Under the pieces are notes generated by a model, which saw only the letters and a list, made by a program, of their open reading frames with translations, made no database searches and had not been told where the DNA came from. Shown one piece after another: positions 12,648-26,230 of a DNA stretch of 64,000 nt (positions are counted from its first letter, which is position 1; the number at the start of each line of letters is the position of its first letter). The position numbers and the translations under genes were made by a program. The stretch comes from Phoronis australis (Eukaryota; Animalia; Phoronida). The stretch spans positions 515,797 through 579,796 of the forward strand of contig NMRA01000179.1 in NCBI GenBank assembly GCA_002633005.1, written 5' to 3'.

Positions 12648-14595
12648 CTTCAATAAACATAAGTTCCTTGGTCAGGCGTGTAATACTTGAGGAAATATCA
12701 GACATGGCTTTCAATATCTTCAAGTTTTTACTTAATTGATTAGTCTTCGAAAATCGTTTAAAGCGAATCCATCCTACTGACTGGCAAAATATATGGCTTG
12801 TGTCAGTTGGGTGCAAATTGGGGATAGGGGGCCTGAAAATCAACCTCATGCTGCATGCTTCTGTAAAACATATTTGAGGTTTGTAGAGTTTGAACATTTC
12901 TCAATGACTAAAATAAGGCGGAATGGGAGATTTTCGCAAGAGAATCGTACAATGGGTGGACAGTTATAGGACGACATCCTACGACTCCCCTCTCCACTAC
13001 ACTTTTAGTATAAGTACACTGTACGCATCACTAAGAATTTAAGGTACAGAAGTAGTTGTTTTATGATAATACACTGTTGCGTTGCACAACGTGGCATGTC
13101 ATACTTATTCTGGAACTGGCGATGATAAACTGTAACCAGTACCCATTTTACACACCGTAGATTAGTACTACAACTGTCGCAATTACATGTATTCAACAGG
13201 TTGGAGTACCTTTGATAATTTCTTACAGAATTTGACAAACGTTACTAACGTTTTAAGCAAGGTGAAGGACGACTGTGGGGAAAGACCTCCTACTCCAATG
13301 CCACGTTTTACAGCTTAGAGCATGTTGTTGCGGAGAGTTTCTACTAGCTTTGCGTGCTATGATAGATTGAAGACTGGTTGGAATTAATCACTTTTTAATT
13401 TTGACCGTAGGTACACGAGTTTAGTCAAACAAAACGCCTGACCTAACGTCTTGTCTATACTCCAGCCTGTGCTTCAAAGCCCAGTCGACTAGTAATGAAC
13501 TGTCACGGCAATTCAAGTACATGTATCTGTTACACTCGTTGATTCAATAACCTGCTGTCACTGACGCTGTACAGTACAGTGGCAGATCTACGTTTTCAGT
13601 AAGTGGGAAAGGGGATAGGATTCGCGCGAATCAGAGGCGCGTAGCTACGAGCGGGGGCGCGGGAGGTCGGGAGGGGGTTTTCCCCAGTGCCAATCTCCTC
13701 GTGGCAATTAAGAAGGACTATTGATTTAATGGCATTGTAGGGAACTGTATCGCTTGAATATTGCTTGCATATCTTAGGCAAAAAAGTGCAGATGTATTGG
13801 TAAGCGAATATCGGTTGCTGGAATCACCAAAACGAGGTTAAGTATTCTTTTAACGATTGGAACCAGGCAGTTTGCTGCCTAACAAGAAACAAATGTCAGT
13901 TATCTCTTGAAGACAAGAACAACGTCGCGTATCTTTGATGATGCAGCTTTTGAGAAGCGGACGAGCTTGAAGTACACTGTATACCGATTGAGTGTATTCA
14001 CTATTGAAATCATGCTATCGAAAACAATGGAAAGAAACGAGAAACTAGAAGCAATTAAAGGCAAGCAAATTTCGGTATTAAAAGTAACATGCACAAGCTT
14101 TATAACCTAACAGAGTCATACTCCCTCTGACAGGGTATTGCAAGTACGTGTTTGAGCTCAAACTCATGATGAGACACCCAAAAGACATCATTTTGTCGAC
14201 TTCATAATTGCTTTAAAAAGGAGTTGAGACAAAATGTTTTCTCTGTAAGACAAGTCACATACCATCAGCATGGGCCAACTTGAAACTTAAGTGGAAATCG
14301 CAAAACATTCCCTTATGTTCTCAATAATACACCTGACTGAAATTAGACAATGAGAAGGGACTCAAAAACTTGGACTTGCTGATACTCTATTATATAAAAT
14401 GTTGAATTTCCCTACCAGGCCTTTGTGATTACTGTACTTCTATTTGTGGACATAGCTTCAGTGAAATGTCATTAAGGTAATACCTATTGTTTTGCTTGAT
14501 TGTATTTTGATGTGCACATGCGGGCGTGTCCTGACTGTTTCTGTCGGAGCTATTCATCAAGCAACAATATACTTCAACGATCTACACATACTTAC

Positions 14596-14901
14596 CCACG
14601 GGTAGGCATTTAAAATAAAATTGCAGATACGACGACGAATTTTGGCAACCAGCTGGAAACATTTGAGGTTGCAGAAAGTAATAGCAGAGGCTTTTGGAGT
14701 CGCAGAGGTTCTTGATGACGCCTGTAACTTCGAAAGTACATGTATTGTTGTCGTTTTCCGTTTGAGTGGGGCATACGTGAGCTTTTTGTCGTCCATAAAT
14801 TGCAAACACGACGTTGATCGTTCGGTCAATAGGACTTTCCGCTCCGGTAGAGCAGTTTAACACCGCGATGTCGTTTTGACAAATGCGTTGACGATATACA
14901 C
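14596..14901 (-). CDS. Exon 11: SUEL/Gal-lectin-like domain 3
   Basis: ICQNDIAVLNC...INVVFAIYGRQKAHVC...CDSKSLC...YLQFYFKC (YGR motif); CTTCAG / GTAAGT; 306 nt. Confidence 0.92.
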
Positions 14902-15426
14902 CTGAAGCAATAACATCCAATGGCATAACATACTAAATGTGAACACAGCGCCAACACATTCACCAACAAGAACACAGACAAACTGTCCAAGACTTACTTG
15001 TCGCAATTATTTACAAACATAAATGAGTAGTTCTGTTAACCGCCAATGCTATGTCTTAGTTGAAAGTACATGTACATCAAATATATCTAGGATCAATACT
15101 TCACATTCCTGAAGCACATAGTCTCTTACTTTCGTCCACTCCATCTAATATGCGTCTCACTTTCCTTTGTGTTACTGAAATGACTACAACCTTCACAGCT
15201 GGTACGTTGTGATAAGATCAGAAAACCCATGCCAATTTCGTCTCAAACAATGAGGCACCGTGTGCACCCCAGTGCTTGTTTACGTTGTTGAGCAGTATAC
15301 ATGTACATGTACAGGCAAGGCACGACCGCCACGCAAGGAGTGTCCCAACCATAACATTTTCTGTCTGCTCTATGACCAAGTGCAAGTACTCGAAAGTAAC
15401 AACCCATATTTTTAGTGGATACTTAC

Positions 15427-15588
15427 AGAGGCCTGGTTCAGACCATGTCCCATCAGCCTGGCACTTAGCATATTTGGTTCCAAACATTTTTGTTTTCAAG
15501 GGACATCTATACTCCGCCAAACTACCAAAAGTTGTTGCGTTATAGGTAACGTTCAGACCGTCAGATGGCGGTTGCTTGCAATCGATTA
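15427..15588 (-). CDS. Exon 10: Sushi/CCP domain 4 (type B)
   Basis: IDCKQPP...TTFGSLAEYRC...CQADGTWSEPGL(C); the last Cys codon is split T|GT across the intron; 162 nt. Confidence 0.9.
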
Positions 15589-16391
15589 CTGGAAAGAATG
15601 AACGAGATGTCATGAACAACAGCCCGAACGTACTGCAAACAGTGTAGCCAGCATGGGACGCAAGAACTCTAAATTTTCATGACCTCCTTTCTTTCTCCAC
15701 CAAGGACAGTATTTCGTGCCCTTAGCACTAGTTAGCAGTTTTACAAAATCAGCGTTCTGCAGTTAACTCTGCTGTTCAAGTTGTGGAACGACCTGATGTG
15801 CCGGCTTTCGACGCAATGAAATACATTGTACAACGGCAACTACTGGCCACTTTCATTTTTTGCCGATTCTTCAATCAACTGCTTTTTTCCATGAGGTTGC
15901 GTATATGAACACATTATGGGAACCGCAATGTACTTAGTTAGCAGATGTTGTTATTTTAATACCAGGGAACCGTAATTCCAATAGTTTACCTTATCGCACC
16001 GAAAGCCGCCATAGGACATATAGTGCAAGTCCGAAAATGGAAACTCGACTGGTTATTTTTATGAACACCAAACATAACTTTTTTGCCAATACCAAATCCA
16101 ACTTTCGAAATCATTGTTTTACTGGCGTTGACATACTTTCGTGTTGTCCCTGCCGAGTTAAGCTGTTCATATTTTATAGACATTATCAATTTAACAAATA
16201 CAATGTCAAAGGCTTGAGGTCAGTGAAATTTTTCAATTATGCTGGGATACTCCGATCCAATAACATGAATTAAAAAGTTCCCACAAGTTAGCAAATGTGA
16301 AACGAAGGCTATAAAAGCTAACTAAATAACCCTTTTTCATGCAAAATACTTGCGATTTTCATTTCATTACGGCGTTCTCCCGTTCAGTGAC

Positions 16392-16535
16392 CAGGGCGGA
16401 TCCAGGATTTTGTGTTGGAGGGGGGGAGGGCAGGAGTTTGCCCGTCAGACATTCACACCCCTGAACTGCCAAATGGAATCTGCGAAAATTTTAAGGAGCC
16501 CATAGCCCCCTTAGCCCCCTCTAAACCCGCCACTG
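16392..16535. mobile_element. Short MITE-like element (CAGTGGCGGATC family)
   Basis: cagggcggatcc...cccgccactg imperfect inverted ends; related ends at about 13577, 18880 and 63109. Confidence 0.55.
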
Positions 16536-16599
16536 GTGTGAATTTACCAGACGTAGAGGGCTGTGACCATGTGATAACATCTAACTCTTTTTTAAACTG

Positions 16600-16790
16600 C
16601 CAAGCACAGTCTTGTGTCTGTATGACAACAGGCAGGTGAATTATTTATGAGGATTATTACAGACACAATGTGATCAAAGTCAAACCCAGAGCGAATTCGT
16701 ACGTTTGGAAGAATAGATTGTCGTAACTGCGGTTGCGATTGGGAGATTTTGGCGATGCAAAAGCTAACATGATCAGCATTTGACGAGGAA
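16600..16790 (+). pseudogene. Possible highly decayed gag fragment of the Gypsy element
   Basis: Frameshifted IYE..Y...Q..SEFV..L...C..GD....MI pattern, upstream of and on the same strand as the integrase. Confidence 0.35.
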
Positions 16791-18889
16791 TTCAGAAATG
16801 CTATGGGTTTATGTTCAAATTTGTTATAACTTAACTTTTATCTTTAACAGCACTGCCCATTCAGGTTAGATACGATCTTAGTGGAGATTACAGCAATTAT
16901 CGAACAAAAGAGAGCTGGCCCTTCAACCATCAATGCCCGAATGGAGTTAATCAGTCGTGTAAGATATTGGCTACAGGGTTCATCTTCCCAACTTGTTGTT
17001 GAGCTATAGAATCGAACAAATAGGGGTCAACAGGGAAACGCCGTAATGTTGAAGAAAAATTAGTGATTTCCAAGTTTCCTGCTAAATAATGTAAAGGGTG
17101 GATGGTCACTAGACAATCAATTGCAATGAAGGAACACAACAGATCAGGAAACAAGGACAATTTTGAGAGAAAACTGGACAATTATTATGCAGGGAGGAGA
17201 GTGGATACGGGCATTACACTCAAGTATTTTAGAAATCAGACAATGAATTCGATTTACACTAAGGGAACTTCCGTCGGCTTTGACCCACTTGCACGAGAAA
17301 TCCAACAGACATCTGTGAGCCACAACCAACTAAACCAAGGGGTGGTCAATATTTACACTTAAAAGGCCATAGTAAACTTGTGTTACTAGTATTCATTTTT
17401 GCCGTGGTGGAACGATCAAGTTCTAAAAACCGGGACAATGTGTCGTGGCACTCCATCTGGTACGGGGTCAAAGGCCTGGCATCACTCGCCCATGAATGGA
17501 AGCAGTTTGTTCGTTATTTATAACAGTTTTCAAATACGCTAACACGGTGGAGAGTCCATCATCGTGAACGTCACTTCTGTGTTTGATCGAAACACGATTC
17601 ATTGAAATGTTCCGAACAAAGTGTGACTCACGAATGAATTGCATGTTCCGCACTGACATTCCACACGCTCGTGCGGCACACAAACCGACGTCATTTCTGT
17701 GTAACATTCACGTACAATGTATTTGGGAAATTTGAAAACAGAGACGTTCTAGTCACTACATTATTCACAAACACACCTTTTCTTGTCTGAAAAATACGGA
17801 TTTTGCTAACAACTTCTCAGTATTGCAATGGTATAAACCAACAACGGCGGAGACGGTTTTCTACCCAATACGTACATGTATAGCCCGATTACAGAAAAAC
17901 ATATATTTTTAATTTTGGCTTGTTTCATAGCAACAAGTATACTAAAGGCTATGAAATCTCTTAAGATGTATCAATGAAATTCTTTTTGAGACACAGGATT
18001 ATGGTGGGAACTCTTTAAGAAAAGTTGGAGTCACGTGGTTAACGACAAGCAGAGTGATCCGCCATCTTGACGGGGTTGAAATTGAGTGGATTATTGAACT
18101 GCAAAATAGTTGGACGAAATAACCAAAGCGACAAAATACCGCGTTTTAGAGGTAACTATTCCACGGAGCTTTTCACTGTTATTGTTTGATGTGTGTCTCC
18201 GATTGAATATTGACAAAATTGATTATCTATATGAGGGATGTTCCTGAACTGTGCAGTGCCTGGTTTGCTCTGGTTGTACACCGTGAGGCTGTGTAACGCA
18301 GTTCATCCTGTCCAATGGTGAACTTTTAGATCCTTGCTGTCCTTTGAGTTTAATTTATATTTCACAGGTCAGCGTGTTCCCGTTTATGTTTATGTCATGG
18401 TCAGTGTTCCAGATCCCCCACCCGTTTCATGATTTAACCATTTTACATTGTTGTAGTGAAGCAATATTTCGCTACCTTCCACAGCCTCTTCTTTTGTAGT
18501 TTTAGACAGTGTCAACGTCTCTACGTAGCAGTTTGAGAAGGTGGTACTCCCATAGGTCCTTCATACGCCTGACGCTTTTCGGCAAATTATGCTCCACACT
18601 GATTAAACCATCGAAGTCACTTTGCTATAAGAAATTTTTACGGTGATAGGGACAACTTTGGAGGCTATCTGTGTTTTGTTTTTAAATTCGAAGAAATGCT
18701 CCTGTAATCAAACTTTTTTCGAGAAGTCCATTCATTTGGCCAAATCAGCAAATTTACCATTTTTACATTGCTCGCGCTAGGAAATATGATGGCCAGTCAG
18801 CATTTTGCACCCCGAACTGCCAAATGGTATCTGGGAGAATTTGAAGTTGGCCATGGCTCCTTGGCGCCCCTAAATTCGCCACTGGAAAG

Positions 18890-20295
18890 AACTAAGAGTG
18901 GCTTCCGAAAGCGACAGGGCCACGGCAATGTTAAAAACGTTCTCTCTCGATGATTGGCCAGACAAAAATCGTGTGCCTTGGGAGCTAAAACTTATTTCTG
19001 CACGCGTGACATACTCTCTTGTAAAGATGGTATACTCTTGAAAGGAGAAGTCGTACTAGTTCCGACTAGTCTTGGAAAGGACATGACTAAACGACTTGAA
19101 TATGCGCACATGGGATATAATAGCATGGTGCGTCGTGCTCGCTCGCTCGTTTACTGGCCCGGAATGAACAGAGCTACATGTAGTTGACTCACGCACTCCC
19201 TGCCAGAGACGTTAAAGCCAATACCAGAAGGAAAGGTAACGCGGGAGAAAGTATCCAGCGGTATTATTTAACTTGACGGACGACAGTTCCTCGTGGTAAT
19301 TGACCACCACTCACAGTTCATTGGAGTCGACCGATTACAAAGCCTTAAAAGCTTTAAAAAATTTGCGCGTTTCGGAATTTTGAAACTGTTTTTGACTGAT
19401 ACTGGTTCGCAGTTTACCTCACTTGAGTTCCGATCGTTCGCTAAACAATGGGGAATTGTGCCATCCTTTTCGTCTCCGGGCAATCACAGTGCCAACGGGA
19501 AGGATGAGGTTGCAAAACATCTGATGATTACAGCTACAAAACATGGCAGTGATCCTAATCTCGCACTTTTGGAACATCGCAACACTTCGCGCGAGGACAC
19601 GGGATTAACCCCAGTTCAAATGATGTTCGGTAGATTGACACGCACCACGATACCTCATTTTGAATTTCAAAAGGGAGCGCGAGAACCGAAGAAATACTAA
19701 AATGGAGTTCATGAAAAAGTGTTTTGATCGAAATGCGCGGGACTTAGCGGAGCATATGGTTGGCAACACTGCCTATCTCGAATATAAAGAAGGGCAGTTA
19801 TGGTTTCTCTGGAAAGTTCGAGAGAAATTATAAGACAGAACGTATGTGGTAGAATCTCCAAGTGGAGGAGTATATCAGAAAAATCGAGTCCAAATACGCC
19901 CAACTCAATTGCCTTTTCAACCGCTACCAGCGATCCTAGTATACTAACTCAAACGGACCTTTCGAGTGCAGGCGAACCAGCGACGGCCAGGAGAAGCGAG
20001 CAAATTCATCGATTTCTCACGCATTTAGAGGACTTTGGTACCAAGTGACAGTAAAATGTGGCTACTTAGAGGCTATCGTGATGTGTATTGTTTTAAGTTA
20101 AATTTCATTTCTTGCTTTTTAATCGGTTTATAAGTTACTTAAAAGCGGGAGGATGTTGGGTAGTTAGTATTATTGCCGACAATTGCGCTTTGTTCGGGCT
20201 TGTCTGTTCGTCCCAATCTTCAGCACCGACTATTTATGGTGTTGTTTTACCTGCTGATTGATTAAGAATCATCGTCATCAGACCTTAACTTAACA
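18890..20295 (+). mobile_element. Decayed Ty3/Gypsy LTR retrotransposon, 3' part (integrase, PPT, 3' LTR)
   Basis: AHMGYNSMVRRARSLVYWPGMN (integrase Zn-binding region); FARFGI...TDTGSQFTSLEFRSFAKQWGI...SSPGNHSANG (core); ALLEHRNT...TPVQMMFGR; polypurine tract aaaagcgggagga directly before TG...CA LTR at 20154-20295; frameshifted. Confidence 0.88.
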
Positions 20296-21703
20296 GTTAA
20301 TATGCACTAGTGTTTAGTTGTTCAAACTTTTCAATAGAAAAGGCCAACTGAAATGGGTCGGTATCCTTTTTTCAACATTTTCTGCTGTCGGATTAAATTA
20401 TTTAGGTTTTTCCCCATTGTTACCTAATGCCACCTGAAATTTGTTTGACTCTTTTTTCTTTAAATATGAGGTGCTGGTTTTCGAAACAACCCCATGGTCT
20501 AATTTTTGTGCTTTAAATTGAATTCAAATCTATTTTTGCCATTTTCCTCCTTACTTTGAATGCAAGTTTGTTCTATAGCTAGTTGGCTCAAGTAAATTAT
20601 ACTTTCTAGTCTAAATTCGCACTTGATGACCTCAAGATTCGATCTACAACTGAAGTGACAGCACGTGAGTTCGAGTAAAAACTCATATATTTTAAGCTAG
20701 GTTTATCAAGTGCAAACTAGGATTATTTAAAACTCATACTAGAAAATTATTAGACACTCAAGCACAAAAGTAAAGAGTTAAAACTTACATGCACCGTATC
20801 TTTAGCATAGCGGAAAATATTCAGAAAAGGTTGATTAGACCAAGAACCAATGCTATAATTTTTGGTTGTCGAGCTTTAAAATTACTTCGTTTGGTCCCTA
20901 GAACACCCACTAAAGTCGATTTTTCTTGGTCTTCAACCATGGTTAGCCTGAAAGGCTATATGCTGCGTAGGCCAACAGGAAATCGACTTTGCTTTTTAGT
21001 ACAACCGTTGCAATACCTGTACCACTACCATCTGTAGTCTACGCTAACAATCACATTAGCTTACAAAAAACAACAAAATTTTGCTGAAAGTGGCTTGAAC
21101 AAGTTGACATTTTTGTTTAACACTTTTGAACTTTCTAGTGGTATAAAAGCTTTGTTACTTGCTCTTTGAGGTGTAACCGTTGTGAAACGTTTTATATTGG
21201 TTTGACAACGTGAAGCTTCAAACAAATGCCACAGATGATCTGTTTACACATGCCATGTTTGCACGTTATAAGGTGGTGTTTGGAGAGATCATTTGAAGGA
21301 AGATCTGTGCCTTTTAATTAAATGTGACTTCGAAGAGTTTAGTGACCTTCTTCTCCCACAGCATTCTGTTGTTTTCTAGCAACGAAGAAACACAAAGAAG
21401 AAGTGACTATAAGATTAATAGTAGAATATTTTTACAATGTTGACACTACTTTGAAGATTTATTATCACAGTCAAGTCATTGGAAATAGGGCAGGAAGGAA
21501 GGGGTGCCCCAAGAATGCAATCGCAGTTTGAAGGAAGTTCACGAAGGACATCAGACATGGTTACAGTCCAATGGCTATGCAGGCCTACATGTATATGTAG
21601 CCTACTTATCCAAGTACAGCTGTACGCATGGAATGACAGACATAACAGACAAAACAGAAACCACAGAATAAACTTCGAGTAATTGGAAAGCAGGGCGACT
21701 CAC

Positions 21704-21898
21704 TGATGCATCGAGGGATGGTAGACCATGTTCCGGTGATCTGACATACAGCCCACCGCAAACCAGTGAGTTCATAACCGTAGAAACAACGGAAGTTCAC
21801 GCGCTGACGATAGGTATAGCGCCCGTCTGTAGCAGACGAGGGCTTCAGAGTGACCGAACCATTGTCGATAACAGGATTAGCGCAAGTTATCTGGTTCT
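21704..21898 (-). CDS. Exon 9: Sushi/CCP domain 3 (type A)
   Basis: CANPVIDNG...FRCFYGYELTG...CQITGTWSTIPRC; TTTCAG / GTGAGT; 195 nt, phase 1-1. Confidence 0.92.
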
Positions 21899-22385
21899 CT
21901 GAAACGAAATAAATGGATAACTGAGAATGGAGTAGACCTCGCAAGTAAAGAATGATACCTTAACATACAGTAGAAATGCCTAGATTCACGTACATGTAAA
22001 GCACGCGCGTTCATTTTCACGCTGGTGAACTACTTTATGTCATCAACATACTGTATTGAGATGTCAACACATCGCACCTTTATTTAGTGTGAGCACCACT
22101 TAATGAATACGGAATCTGTCATTCATTTACATGAACATTCCATGTCTTCACTAAGCTATATTTTCCTTCTGAATTATTTCCACCAAAATACATGTACCAT
22201 ACACGGTATTTCAGGCGAAAAAGTATGACATCATATAGTACATGTACTTTAGGACAGTAAAAACATTGGTAAATGTTCCGTCACACAGTTTTTAGTTTCT
22301 TTATGTTTACTCAATAACCAAACTTGTCTCTGGATTTCCCAGACCAGAAATTTCTTTTTTTTCACTCGCCTACGGCAGCCTGATT

Positions 22386-22458
22386 TCACGGGCGGCGCAC
22401 AATACGGTGCTGGGAAGGCTTTGGCCTACCACTTTTTTCAGTGCTGCGCCACCCATGG
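22386..22458. mobile_element. Short MITE, same family as 53613-53755 in opposite orientation
   Basis: cacgggcggcgcac...tttttcagtgctgcgccacccatg. Confidence 0.6.
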
Positions 22459-22979
22459 ATTTTAGAGGCAGTAAATGTAATACAAATCCGAAATTTTCAG
22501 GACAAATTAATTCTCCTGTTTAACGATCTGGTGCACTTCAGAATTTTACCGAAAACTTCTCTTCTATAGTATTGATTGAATAATTACTACGAATAAATCT
22601 ATTTTAAATTGCAAAAAAATGTACATGTGCGCTTTTAAAGCATGGGGTCAAACTAGTTGACATGTATTTTTACGTCAAATTCTATTTTTAGATGTAGTTT
22701 ACTACTTTAATGGTTCTGGGGTCAAAGCTCTTTAGAGATTCTAAAAATTTCTGAGAGCAAATCGTGACAGCTAATGATATGATTAGATAAGATTATGTGG
22801 TTTTGATTAGCCAATCGCTAAATAAGTAGAATCTTGTAAAAGTGGCTGAGGAAACTGTACAACAGAGCCATCTCGTGGAAGATTCTAAAGAGGATCCTGG
22901 CAAGGGCAAGGATTAACGAACAGGAAGTTATTTAAGAGCTCGTCACTTGCATCGTGGGTAGTAAGATACTGCCTATACG

Positions 22980-23140
22980 TGATGCGTCACAAGAGACCGT
23001 GACCAGCGAGAGGAAAAGTGGGTAGAACATATCCTGCAAGTGTTGTGTCACCAGAGACAGTGACCAGCAAGGAGAATCGTGGATAGAAGATTCTGCCTTC
23101 AAGTGTTGCGTCACCAAAGTCTGTGACCAGCAAGAGCATT
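22980..23140. repeat. Three imperfect repeats of about 62 bp
   Basis: tgcgtcac-a-aga--gtgaccagc core at about 22983, 23044 and 23107. Confidence 0.7.
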
Positions 23141-23444
23141 GTCGTAATACAGTGTGTTTAGTTCGAAGATTCACCAACAGACTGTCATCCAGCAAGTGAA
23201 GAGTCCTACAGGTTGAATAGCAGATAAGATATTTGATTATTTTAGCTGATTGATAGAAGTAATCTTTAAAGAGGGCGGTAGCGTTGTAGTTGATTACTTA
23301 ATTAGCAACAGGTTTCACTTGTCTAATTAGCAGTTATCATATAAAAATTAATTACAAGAATTATTCTCACTCCATCTTCGCACAATCTCAAAGCATAGCT
23401 ACCTTTTAAAAAACCCAAAGTCACTTTCTGACACATGGCAATAC

Positions 23445-23629
23445 CTGGCTGTAACTCGCACAGCGGTGCGTTCAAGTTAGCACACGAACTCGTCTCTAAA
23501 ATCAAATCGGCTCTCATCAAGACGCATGGTGCAGGTTCAGGCAGATTTACGGGTGGAATGAATGGGGACGTCGTATCGGGCCACCATTTGAAGTTTCCAC
23601 CTTCACGGTAAAGGCCTATCCAAACAGAC
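23445..23629 (-). CDS. Exon 8: C-type lectin domain 2, C-terminal half
   Basis: SVWIGLYREGGNFKWWPD...PEPAPCVLM...SSCANLNAPLCE (WIGL motif); TTGCAG / GTATTG; 185 nt, phase 2-1. Confidence 0.88.
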
Positions 23630-24371
23630 CTGCAACGATGAGCAAACGTTGGACTATTTCTTCAGCATAAGTAGGCTTACTGGACAAATATCTCTGTGTA
23701 TAGATATACATGTAGGTGCAAATTATTCCCCCAATTGAAGTGTGATATCGAGATCTTCAGATTGCTTTCTAGTCTACGTGACTGTCGAGCCACAATGTCA
23801 AGCAAACTGTAGATTTTGAGTATACTAATCACTCATGAAGTCGAGTTCAGACTCGATCAATTCTCTTGAATGCTGAGTCATGAAAAGATAAAAGATGATC
23901 GTTCACGTGGAACTTAGTGGCGGTGGATGAAACTTGGGGTCTCTCCCCCCAAAAATTCTCTCTGGATCTACATTGGTGTTATCAGACTGGCGTTAGCTTA
24001 CGTGGCATCAATATAGAAAACACCTCTTGAAAATAGGACTATTAGAACTAAACTGACACAAATACAGCGTTTAGCTTGCTTATATGTTACTTCTGATTTT
24101 CCGGGGACATATGCAGCTGCAGTGGAAATGCCTAGTTTTTTGACACACTTGCATATTTACATCAGCGGGGATGCTCTGCTTACAGCTTAGCGTATGAGGT
24201 GTAATAGGAAGGCGAGTCATATGGGAATCACTGATACTGTTGCTCACAAGAGCCATATTAAAGGAGAATGCCAACCGATTTAGTTAGCCCTTTTTACCGT
24301 CTTAATCGGTCTGTATCCACATCGCCTATTATATGGTCGACCTCACCTTGCCGAGAGGTGTCGCAGAGTGA

Positions 24372-24600
24372 ATGCCGCTATATTACGGTGTATCGTACCC
24401 GCTTGTCCGAACTATGAAGTTGCGAAGAAAGCGGGTATATCGTTTTTTCGACTTCCTCGAGAGCCTGAAATGCTTAGGAAGTGGCTCGCCGGTAGTGAAG
24501 AATGAAAGGTACGCTGTTAATAGCAAAAAAAAGGCCGTGAAACATCTCCGTGTCTGTGGCCGTCATTTCGTCGACAGTGATTTCTCTTACAAATTCCGGC
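24372..24600 (+). pseudogene. Frameshifted THAP zinc-finger relic, probably transposon-derived
   Basis: Across two frameshifts: MP..CIVPACPNY...ISFFRLPREPEMLRKWLA..KHLRVCGRHFVDSDF, the C2CH THAP signature. Confidence 0.8.
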
Positions 24601-25639
24601 TTACCAAAAAACTATCCATACGTTCCGTTGTCTGTGCTCACGGCGCCTCGTCTCTTGTGTTTCTTGATCAGTGTATTCGGGTTCGAACTGATATCCTATG
24701 AAACCTAACGATCCGACCCGTGAAGTCTTTGTCGGATGAGCTGTAGACTAAGTCGGGATTGGCTCCGGGCGAGTTGCCATGTGGACTTTTATTATTCTGC
24801 GTTCTGTTTCAAAATGAATTATTCTCATCCTAACCAATGCTTATATGAAACTGAAACAAAGTCTGTCTCATTAGGTACAATTTGTAATTTATTGGAGTGC
24901 TCGTGAGTGCAAATGTTTTGAGAAGCCAGCAATGAATAAACAACTGCGTTACCGGCTTTTGATGCCGGCAACAAAAGCAAATGACTGGGCACCGAGGCCG
25001 CCTTGGTTGTGAGCGCATGCTAATTCAGTGTTGGCTGACAGAAAGCTGTTGCGAAACAATTGCTCGATTTTATACGCTATGGTCACGAGTTAGGGGAATC
25101 TTTATTTAGAAATACAAATACATTATTCAATTCATTGTTACTGTACAAGCTTTGCCCTGACGGTACGTGGAGGCGGAACCCCACTTCGCGGCCCCCGACA
25201 AGTAAGTAGATTTTCAGTTTCGTGGCTAATTCATATAAATAATTACGTGCAAATTATTTTTGCGGCTCACTATTGTAGTCTTTTCGTGACTGGAGGTTTA
25301 GTTTCCAACTCGAGCTGCTTTATGTTCGTGCCACTCCCGGCGGCCGCGACGGGCCTCATCGGTTCCAAGCCGCTCAGGGACGGGTGGAGTCAGTCCGGCC
25401 GCGACGCCGGGCCAAGTGATCGGGTTCCGAGCCACTGGCCGGGATAACAAGCGTTTAGTCACAAGTATAAACAACACAGATCTAGGTTCTCCTGTCTGTA
25501 TTTCACGGAAGAATACTTCGAATTTATCTCCGAACAGACCCCATACTCTTAAGGACCTTTGCAAATTGGCCTGCCGAACTTTGTAGGCTACGGTATATCC
25601 AAATAACAGTAAATCCTAACACCTCCGTCTGTCGTCAGG

Positions 25640-26230
25640 TGTCAGTTAACGCAACCAAACGTGCCGTTATCTAGTAGAACTGATAATGTGAACTGGGTTA
25701 AAGCCCATGTACGTATCGAGGGTAACAAAGTGCTGACAAACTTCCAAAAGAAGGAGCAAGTGCATCTTGTTTTGTACTAAAACCTTACACACCAGTTGCC
25801 TAGGTGCTCCAGAGCAAAGATAAGACGCCGGGTCCACAAAATCTCCGTGGATGCGTTGAAATAGCTCCCCACCTGCAGGCAAACCAAACAACTTTTCCAA
25901 GTCCTACTGAACCAAACAGGTTTAAATAAACTGTTATGTTTAGATAGCCTTGCTATAAGGCCGCTGATCCAGGTTATTACTGGACACTGCAACCTAGCTC
26001 GGCAACGTATCATGACAGGCCACTTGGAAAGTTCATTTTGTTCCAACTGTGGGTTGGAGGTCGAGAATCCTCAACTTCTGGTAGTAACAGATTTGACCTA
26101 CTTACAATAGACACAATGTATAGTACTTGTTGGACACATAACCCGCCTGATAGTTCATACATATTTAATAGTCTTTTTGTCAAACAGGCAGAATGGAATA
26201 TTTTACACATGAGGAATTCGATGATGTCGT
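25640..26230 (+). mobile_element. 3' fragment of an RNase H-containing non-LTR retrotransposon (I/R1/LOA-type)
   Basis: WVKAHVRIEGNK/ADKLPKEGA (RNase H C-terminus, one frameshift), then LIQVITGHCNL and FCSNCGLEVENPQ (decayed zinc knuckle). Confidence 0.8.

Noticed and set aside
17255-17345. Second tRNA-like head on the minus strand (TGGTTTAGTTGG)
   Set aside because: The B box is too degenerate to call.
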